64,000 nt of DNA from Octopus vulgaris. Taxonomy: Eukaryota. Below, one piece after another: positions 54,001-64,000 of the stretch; the stretch's first letter is position 1; each line of letters begins with the position of its first letter. Where the stretch lies: the NCBI GenBank assembly GCA_951406725.2, contig OX597816.1, positions 104,594,001 to 104,658,000 on the forward strand. The letters are read 5' to 3'. The notes below the pieces were generated by a model. The model was not told where the DNA came from and did no database searches. It was given only the letters and a program-made list of their open reading frames with translations. Position numbers and translations under genes: made by a program.

Positions 54001-57000
54001 ATTGGTTCATTATTATTTGAAGGCTCAAATTACTTTTCACATATTTTCAGTATATGGTAATTTTATATTTATTTCATGATTTCATGGACATTTGTCATCC
54101 CGAGATTTTCCAATATTAAGCCATGTCTTGTCGTATGCAGCATTCTGACAATTAAAAATAATCTATTTGAGTTCTGAAAATTACTTCTTTGTTTCCCATT
54201 ATTTTATAAATTAAATAATTGAAGAGATGATTTGCAAATGTTATCTAAATATAAATTGTTACCACTATTTAAACGTAGGTCTTACTCCTGATGGTACCAT
54301 GTGGGTACAGTCATGACGTACGGCGAGAAAAATTACAGACAGTTCATATTAATAGAATATGTTGAAAGAATATCCGAATATTTTTTTCATAAATTACTTA
54401 TTCATAATAATGAGTATTTAGAAGATAGTTTCTTATAAGGAAAATATAATAGCTTATCATATTGCCGTGTTATAAACATATTTTTACATATTATATATGG
54501 GCGCCGAAGTCAATCAAATGTTGGCTCAAAACATATCAAGGATATCCAAAATCTCCATGGATAGCAATCTATTATTTCCACTCCCGTAGCTATGTGATTT
54601 TTCTTTACTTAATACAAATGGGTCAATTGAAAATTGAAGCTGACTGGTTTTCAAGTAAGCCAGTGTTACAGAGCTATAATTTCTTGTACAGCTTTAGAAC
54701 TCACACGTTCTTACTGATACGATGGGAGTTAAACATATTTATATGATGCCAAACAGAAAAAAGTCCAATATGTTCTTTAATAATTGCGCTAAATTATTTA
54801 TTTTGTGTATTCATCTTCTCAGTAAAATATTTCCAACAATGTATTTTTATAATATATGGTTCATTTTTCTTATGCTAGTCTGAAACAAGTTTGTGAATAC
54901 ATCATAAATGTTCATAATTTATTTTTCCACTATTTTTATTCGTAGTCGTACTTTATTTGTGTGTATTTTGTCAAATTCGCTAATCTTATATTAAGTGTAA
55001 ATCCCATTCCATTCTATCTCTTAAAATATCCGAAAGTAATGTGATGAATCTTAAGAAACGTAGTAGTTGACATTTTGAAATTTAATTATTTGTTTGCTTT
55101 ATGAAACATGATACAGTGTTTTAAAAGTCAGATTGAAATAAACATTCCTAACGTCAACAGTAGCAAACAGCTTTATGGCTATGCTGACCATGTCTGCCAA
55201 AATAATCTTGATCAAGTAAATTATAACTGACAAGATCTGCTTGCCCGCTATACTCGGTTTAACAGTATGCTCTCAGGTGTAATACTCAGTACAATATTCT
55301 GGTTATTTCAGGATCATTATTGTTTGGTACTTCGCTAAAATGAAACAACTCAAACACCTGTAGTGACATTTTAGAAACGTTATATGATGGTGTATACCAA
55401 TCTAATTCATAAGGTTCAAAATCTGCCTGCTGAAAGTGTACATTGCTCGGTGATAAATATTTTCGGCTTGCACCAGCATTTTCATTTGCTTTTGTTGATA
55501 TCAAAAGCAAAATGAGTAACTTACAGAGCAATGAAATTCACTAAAATTTAAAGACAACATAAGTGGGCTTTTGTGTTAAAAGTGATGCTTTCTATTTGTT
55601 TCAAAATTAATTTGAAAGCATTTTATTCTAACTTCTTGAATGAAATAACGCAAATAGAATATTAATAGTCTGATATTTTTTCTTACAATATCTACATAAA
55701 TGTATTTGAGTTTAATATAAGTACACTTAATTATTAACTTCAACAATACTTGTCTCTCAGTTGTTAGCAATAAATTAAAATCTGACTTTGAGTCAATTTT
55801 TGCTTTCAATGTATAGAATATGGAAAGTTCAAAGCAGCTTGCTATAACTAGATGGGCATTATCAGCTGTACAGTTGACTACGTGATATATTCGCGTGAAG
55901 CTTCACGCATTCTGGTGACATGTATCTTACAGTATATTTATAATATATTTATATGGATTTTAAATCTTCCCATATGGTATATTGAATGAATTGCTGCGAT
56001 ATTATAGATGCTCATACAGTATGATGATTAGCTTGTATGATAGGGTCATACGAGATGTCCGTATAAACTGATCATTTGACGTCCAATATCCAATATCTCA
56101 CAAGGAGCCTATTAAAAATGCAATTTCTAAATTTATTGTATCAACGTCTATCAAAACATGGATTACTTGGGATATTATGTATTTTCTTTTCCCTTTATTT
56201 TGAATTATATTACAAGTGACATCTGTATGAAATGATATTAACCTTAGAAAAATTAATGGGAGAAGATTAACGAATTCTTATATATGTTGATATCTGCTGT
56301 AGCCTTGCGGATTCCGAAGCAATTAACCTGAAGTTACAAAACAGAAAGGAACTAGAATTTGAAAATATATAAAATTGCAGGAAACAGTAATACACTTTGA
56401 ATCCCCTTAACATGTAAATCTAATAACCATACTTTGAATGTTTTAAAATAGTATTTCTTTCATTATTTTCATATAGCAGTTATTAGAAAAAGGATTACGT
56501 TGCAAAGAGTAAAATAGAGATATGTTGTGACAAAGATTCCCGTAAAATGGTTGAAATTCAATTGAATATCATGACATAAGTAATTTATTTGACATTATAC
56601 TGTGTAAAGTTCGGAATGCATTCAACAAATGGAAAATGTTGCAAATAGATATTGTAAGTTGTAAGCTCGTAAATTTCATTTAGATCATTAAATAAGAGTT
56701 TTATATTTGCATTTTCTTGCAGAAAAAAATATAACATCTAATGCGAAAGTCTAGTAATTTTAAAGATTTCTATATGATTTCGGTTTTATTGAATATTTGT
56801 ATGTTATTTCCAATATATCCGAATACTGAATCTTTCTAGCTACTAACAGTGCGAGCGAACGCTACACACAAGATTGTGGAGAAAGAAGACGAGCTGTGAT
56901 ATTAACCATCGTGTCAGGATACGTTCCTGCTTTGGCAAATGTCACCATTTTAAGATAGTACCAATATTATATATATGAATGTTTGTCTCTGAACCTAATC

Positions 57001-57785
57001 ATGCTGCACGGCAATCGACAAAATTGTTTAGTGAAATTCCTTCTTGAATAATATATTTCTATTCGATGAGTCAGACAAATCAGGTATCTTTATTTGCGCT
57101 GTTCAAGAATCAACGATTTATTATATCGTTCAGGAATCAAAAGAAGTTTAATGTTCGCCCCAAATATTTAGAAGTGTTTCTACATAGAATGCTCTAAAAT
57201 ATATCAACAAAAATCTTATTATAGTACTTTAACGAACGAAATAAAATGTTTGACTGACCTATAGCTAGTGGTACGTTAATTCATACGCCATTTACAAATA
57301 AGCACAGTTTTATTCTGCTGTTTTCATCCACAAGAATATGTAAAATGTAAGAATATGTAAAATGTAATTTAGAGGTGTCTTTTTGTATATAGTTCTAAAG
57401 AAAGTAAATAATTCTAACATCTGAAACTTTTATGATCAACAGTTAATGAGTACGCCTGTTTTGCGTTTATTTTAAATCTCATGAAATATAAATTTATTGG
57501 AGAAATTCACTAGACTAATTTAGTTTTTCCCTCGTTTTATAGCGCAAATTATGAGACCGTTCCCTAAAATATAATAGATTTACATATTGGATATTGTTTT
57601 GAGTATTATCATATTAAAGAAAGAACGAGAGCATTAAGGAATAAATAACCTTGGAGTCCTTTGAAATGATTACCAAGATTATTTCTTGAGACTGAGTAAA
57701 TGAATCTTGTAATTCAACAGACCAATGGGAATGGTTTTAGATAATTTTATGAGATCACTTTACAATATTTATATAATATTACTGA

Positions 57786-57821
57786 CTCTACCACCAACAC
57801 CATTTCTACTACTACTACTAT

Positions 57822-57854
<33 letters not shown>

Positions 57855-58102
57855 CACTACTACCACTACTACCACTAATACTACTACTACTACTACTACT
57901 AATAATAATAATAATAATAATAATATTAATAATAATAATAATAATGATAATAAAATCAAAAACATTAAAAGAAGCAAGAACAACAGCAAGAACAAACACG
58001 AGATGATGTTTATTATTATTACTACTACTACTGCTACATCACTACTACTAGTACTGCTACTGCTGCCACTACTACATTACTACTACCGCTACCACTACTA
58101 CT
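57786..58102. repeat. (CTA)/(CCA)/(TAA) trinucleotide microsatellite cluster
   Basis: Direct reading. Confidence 0.9.
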
Positions 58103-58186
58103 ATTCCTGTGACATCAATACCGTGATCAAATTCATACGAGCTCAATAAAAGTGACTGTATCATGAAGTAAAAGAGAAAAACAAGT

Positions 58187-58253
58187 ACTAAATTTCGTTA
58201 TTAGTGCGAAGGTACTAATAACTAAATTTGGTTATTAGTGCGAAGGTACTAAT
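58187..58253. repeat. 34-bp tandem duplication (2 copies)
   Basis: ACTAAATTT(C/G)GTTATTAGTGCGAAGGTACTAAT twice, one mismatch. Confidence 0.9.
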
Positions 58254-61200
58254 CTGTAAGAAAAATAGCAAAATTTGCAAAACTGAAATATATAAAGCAC
58301 AAGTCTCCTTGGAGATAAGATACTTTGTGATATCTCTGTGCAGGTAAATGGAAGCAACAACTCACGCAATTACCTTCACTTGCCCTAGGCCACTGTTAAC
58401 AGCCCGGCAAGAAATAACGTAAAACTCGTAGAAAACGAAAATATTATTTATAATAATAACAACTACTACAATGAAACAATAACTGCAGCCACAAGTAGGA
58501 CAACAACTATAATAATGATAATAATAATTATAACAACAAGCTGTTATGTCAAAACAAGGAAGGTATTGAGAAAGCAACTCTTGAAAGTAAGATCTTTTAA
58601 TATATATCTGTAAACACTACCAGCATTAGAAAAATTAGGGCTTTCGATTTCTTAACAATACATAAGGTCTCTTAAAAGTTCATCTACGCTACTTACTATA
58701 GCATCTATTATATTACACGCAATATATTTGGTCTTCTGTAAAATCCCTCTTATTTAAACATTCAGTCAGCATTCATTATGTGCTATCGTTTCATTCGAAA
58801 GACCTATCGTTTTTAAAATGCCGTATCACACGCAGCAATGAAATGCATAGACTGATTTATAAAGAATATACCTATTGACGAAATTGTATGCTTTTCAGTA
58901 TTGTATAGCTTGCTTTCACAACTATATCCTATGTTTGATAAAATCGCATTAATGTAACAATCACAAAACTTCTTTCACATGGTTTTAGATGTTCTTTATT
59001 GTTGATAACTAAGTCATTTCAAACCGTTTTCCGCCGATGAAATTTTCCTTGGATTTTATAGTATATAACTTATCTACTATAATCTCTTTCCTACGATATA
59101 ATAGAGGCTATTTAATGTATCCATATTAGCAACACAATGGAAGTAAGCAAATAAAGGTATGAAGGGAAAATATATGTTAAGCAGCCTGCGGTCGAGTAAA
59201 TGTAGTTTTAGATATCAGAGAAAGTATAAGTTTTATTTTTAAACATAACTTTAAAGTTAATGTCATCTATTTAGAAAATATTTCGGTTATATGATTCATC
59301 CTCGTTCATAAGATTTTCTGCATTTATTGAAAGCAAGTTGTCACTTTCTTCAATGAAGTATCTGAAAGTAAATAAAAATATGTTCAATTAAAAACCGACG
59401 TGTTAATATTTGCATTTCATCTTCGCATTCGTATTATACTGCCTGACTTATCACTAATGAAAAACATTCAGTTCACTAATTATATTGTTGATACTTAGTG
59501 AAGACTTATTCCCAACAGACTTGAAATTTATATTTAATCTTTCTGAATTAGTTTTTGTTTCGTATTTATTTTTATTACTTCTTTCAGTCATTCTTTCTAA
59601 CACTGCTAAGCCATATATAAACATCACTAGCAGGCATAAATGATTATATGTGCGTGATTTCAAACCACGTTATATTTGTAAGAGTGCATGCACAAATAAA
59701 ACTTTGTTATGCATGAATATAAATTGAAATTTTGTTACTATATTTAATTATATTGCTCTAAATTATATATATATATATTTCACGTTATGTACTATGTTAT
59801 GCTATATTTATATACTTGTATATACATATACACTATTTACTTTTTCTGTAAAATAAATACATTTTTAAAATAAAAGCTATTAAACATTTATTACTCCGTG
59901 GTTTAAGATTTATTTATTTTTGAATTATTTCATTCATTGTTTTCCTAAATGTTCTAAAGCATTTTAAATATCAATTTTTAATTAAGGCTTTATATATATT
60001 TTCATAAGTGCCTGAATATCTTTCAATATGCACATTATGTTTTTTAATCCATAGAAAACTCTGCTCCTTTTGTAGATAGATTTCATGAAATTAACTTAAA
60101 CAAATGCATAAATCCACTGAGAAAAGGAAGAATATATCAAGGAATTACTTGTCCCTGTTTTGATGTGTATGAAATAATTTTTTGAACACTGTGAATAATA
60201 TTCAGTGAAGTGATTATCTTTGGAAACTAGATAATAATTCACAGTATTACTTACAAGCATGTTTTCTTCCTCGCAACATATTTACATAAAAAGGATGAGC
60301 TACTTTCAGTGCATGAGAAAGTTACAATCTAGCAAAGCAATTGTTGTGACTGGTATATTCAGTATTCGTGTAGCAAAATATCTCTCATGACCCCCCATAA
60401 AGTAATAAGTTTTATCGAAAAATGGAACCAAAAATCGTGTAACTAAAAGACAAATTTCTTTGTCTCAGATATATGTGTGTCTTGCATATTTGAATATTTT
60501 TTGTTTATTTCATCATCTGGTTAAAATCTATTTACTAACTACAATATAAAAAAAAGAATGATTGCTGTAAATCTGTGAACATTTTTAAGATTGCATTTCG
60601 TCAGGAAAGATTGTTTTGAAAATGGTCAACCATATTGGCCCAAGAAAAAGTTTCAGATGCGAAATTAATCTGCTACTCTATTACTACGATTTCATTGCAT
60701 GAATTTCTCGGTGGAATGGATTTCTTGACACGTGGCTAATCATATAAAGATTTTCTGGAGATATGTTATAAATGTATTTTTAACGATTTTCGAGAACCTG
60801 TGTTTTATAGGCATCGAGGATGTTATTGTCGAAATAAGATTTAATTACCAGAAATTTTTCGGATAACTATGAATTTATTCAAATTCAATATCTTTAAAAT
60901 ACTTCACTGAATTACATCAGCACAAAAATTCCGAGTTTCAACTCTGCTGCTTTTAACTTTTGGCTGTTTTTTAATAAGTTACTGAAATACATTTAAAATG
61001 GCAATAGCTATTGCTTTAATACAACTTTTATTTAACCAAGATTGATGCGGAGAGTAGGTAGCAATATCTTGAAATTAGTAGAGCTGTACCGTGCTCGTTT
61101 CTGGGGCATATATTAATCTTAGTGACTGGACACGTTTAATACAGTAATCTTCATTTGCACGACTGTACCATAGAAATAATAAAAAAAATAGTAGTTTGTA

Positions 61201-63699
61201 ATCCCTGTTTATATACTTGTAGCTTTGTGATATCCAGAGACATTCCATTGAAAATGCGGTATTGAATTTTGAATAACATTATAATCATGTTGCTGTATAT
61301 ATTTTATGTGGACAGAGCATGCACGTGGAGAAGAATAATTTCATATGCCTGTTATCTAGTGCATTGCCAACCTGCAGTACAAGCTTGTTTTGATGATCAT
61401 TCGACGGTCTATTGGTGTTCAGATTGGACAATAGCTAAATTAAATTTGTCTTACGAGAGAGAACTACTTGCACATTCTTGTCGGTAAATTACTTTCAGTC
61501 TGCCTCGAGGCACTCTCTTTAGAGAGACACAAGTTTCTAATAATAGCATTCAAACTCTCTCATGTAAATAAACTTGGCTTCAAATTTTCGCCAGGCGTGC
61601 ATTTAAGATCGCCAAAAGTACCAACACTGTAGTGGCTAGTCCGTTGTCTAATGGAAAGGAAAGATATTTGTTACATCATACAGGGATGCTGAATTGAGAT
61701 TTACATGCACTATTTCGATACTATTTCTTTCTCTGCAGAAAGCTAGTTTGCCAGGACACTGCAGCATAAAGTAGCTAGTATCATGATTTTTAATGTTTTT
61801 AATACCGTGGTTGTCACAAAATATTTCGATCTCTCCCTTTTGTTCTACCAATTATATGGTACATGTAACAAGCGAGTAAAATTCGATGTAGAACACGTCG
61901 CTTGCCTTATACCGCTATGTGATAATGAAATTATATTCGGTCTCTTTCCATCAGATTTCTTATGATAGTACATTGTAGAGGCTTCGTTGTAGAAGTACAA
62001 AAGACATAGCAGAAAATAACTGGATTAATTTGCATTCCCGAGGCCTGTTGACGAAACGGCGGTGATCTAAAGAATACAAAATATTTCAAATATAATTGTT
62101 TTAAAAATTCTCTTCCTCTCGAAACTAATATGTGCTACTGTAAAGAAAAAGAACACAACTCCGAAATTGGCACTGGAAATGTCTTTCTGATCCAACCAGA
62201 ATCATCTTCGATGTAAATGCTTTGTTGAAGATTATTATCTTGCTTAATAGATTTCCGTTGATGTCGATTTGTTTACAAAACATTGTTAATCTTTAAAAAC
62301 TATACGAGTGATTTTTCTTTTGTTTATTTTTTATAAAATGCTCTAGCTGATTATTTCTTATAGTTTTGCTTCAAATCTGACAAGACCGTAGGCTATTAAT
62401 TTACAGTTACACTCTGGAAGCATTCAAAATTTTAGAATCGAAAAAAAATAAAGATAATAATCAATTTTTAAATAAATACAATGGTATATTTATTTAAAGA
62501 TAATCGACTTTCTCGTCACATATTTACTGAGTGATTTTAAAATATATTGAACATTTATCTTTGAAATATGCATTCACAATAGATATTTTGTACGTATTGT
62601 TGATTATCTGCACAGTTTAATATATCATAGTAACAACTGAACGCTAATTAGAGAAATATAGGAAATTGTTCGCAAGACTTTCTCCTTTTCAGAATACCTC
62701 TACAGAATAGATTCCGAATTTTACATCAAACCATTTGTGTAAATGAAATATATTTCTCATTTAACAAAGAAATGGATTATTAAAAATTATAGTTGATAGC
62801 TTTCAGCAACAACAGTTAATGTTTGTACCAGCATTTGAGGTACTAAAAGTAAATGCAACATAAATGGCTCTTCAGTTTGGAAAAGGATGACATGGAAATA
62901 AGTACCATCATTATTATTTCATCTGTCTCAAACCACTTATATAACACATAAGAAATATACGCTAGATGTGAAAACGTAAAGATATGTTATCTCCTAGTTT
63001 ACTATTCTTTCTGATATTAATTGTAATATACTAAATACGTTTTTCGTAATTTAATTATATTTCTCAACATAAAAGACAATTCTATTTTATTAGATTAACC
63101 TAAATATTTAGGTTAAGCGACAAAACTTCCATTTGCATGTTTTGAGTTAACATGTTTTTATATTTATTTGCATGTTCGCGTATGTAACTTTTATTACGAT
63201 CCGAATATCGACAGTGATAAATGAACAAGCTAAATCGCTTTCAAAACTTTCAGGGAATAGATGATATGTGGCAAAGAGCAAAAATGACAGGATCTTTCTT
63301 GGTTAAGATTTTAATTGGCATTCGCACAACAAATGCATTTAATGTTTTATTGTATTTTGATAATATATTCTTTATTATTTTCAACGCCAAAAAGAACAAT
63401 TAATCTGCTTAATTCCAAGGATAGATGATTAATTCCAGCACGCATTAAAAATGATTTTAGACAACAAAAACTACATGCAAACTATAAAATCAGAATAAAT
63501 TTATTTCAGTGATAGATAGCATTTTAATGACAGTGAAATACATGACTAAATATACAAAAGAAACTATATTTTTTCTTTTCTATGTTTATAGAGATTTTCG
63601 GAAGCCTCAGCAGTGTATTACGTCATGTATCTTTATAGTTTGCATACTTTGTGTTCATGTACCATAACTTAGCATGAATTCTTCTCTAATCTACGTAGA

Positions 63700-64000
63700 T
63701 AGGGAGGAACACAGGTGGTTGAAGCCCCAAAAGGTTGATTACTTAACAGCAATCACTCGCTTTTTGGAGGTAATATCTGTCTTTCACTCATGTGCTGTTC
63801 ACAAAATGCGGCGTTATCAAATATTGGAATATATCTACATGCTGTTTCTTTCAAATCTTTTGCTGGGTACATATGTGAGACCCACTAATACATATCGAGA
63901 CTGTTGTGTCGACGCCCCCAGACGATGAAGTAGGCCAGCCCAATACGTAGATATAGAGGGAGAAGTCTAGACGTCGAGGAGTTGAATAGAGGTCATCCGA
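63700..64000 (-). pseudogene. Possible RTE-like LINE RT relic
   Basis: Minus-strand FDNAAF (cf. FADDAAL) followed by LGL; frameshifted; runs off the window. Confidence 0.25.

Noticed and set aside
56829-56870. Minus-strand Helitron 3' end (hairpin + CTAG)
   Set aside because: Imperfect hairpin, no T after CTAG, no 5' end found
58187-58253. CRISPR-like repeat
   Set aside because: Two abutting copies, no spacer, eukaryotic context
58360-58430. Minus-strand micro-exon (CAG|TGGCCTAGGGCAAGTGAAG|GTAATT or ..GC|GTGAGT)
   Set aside because: Such motifs arise often by chance; no partner exons or recognisable peptide

Overview
AT-rich eukaryotic non-coding DNA (intronic or intergenic), dense in microsatellites and decayed transposons. 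The SINE families and repeat landscape look like an octopus/coleoid cephalopod genome (inference from memory, not a search). I find no intact host protein-coding gene; nearly all ORFs in the track are microsatellite artefacts or transposon relics (Penelope-like, R4/Dong-type, RTE/CR1 LINEs, mariner). Main signals: (1) several unrelated short elements, mostly inserted in (TA)n and often arranged as inverted repeats, carry minimal type I hammerhead ribozyme motifs of the Penelope kind. These include an intact motif at 19219-19253, a G3:C8 compensatory-core variant inside a near-perfect palindrome with 138-bp arms (30400-30685), and a composite tRNA-head + (TAA)n + hammerhead element present twice (12261-12612, 40318-40765). 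(2) A unique GC-rich block at 20935-21097 holds a strong splice acceptor, a 15-codon ORF and a pri-miRNA-shaped hairpin. All alignments and folds were done by eye; relic boundaries are approximate.
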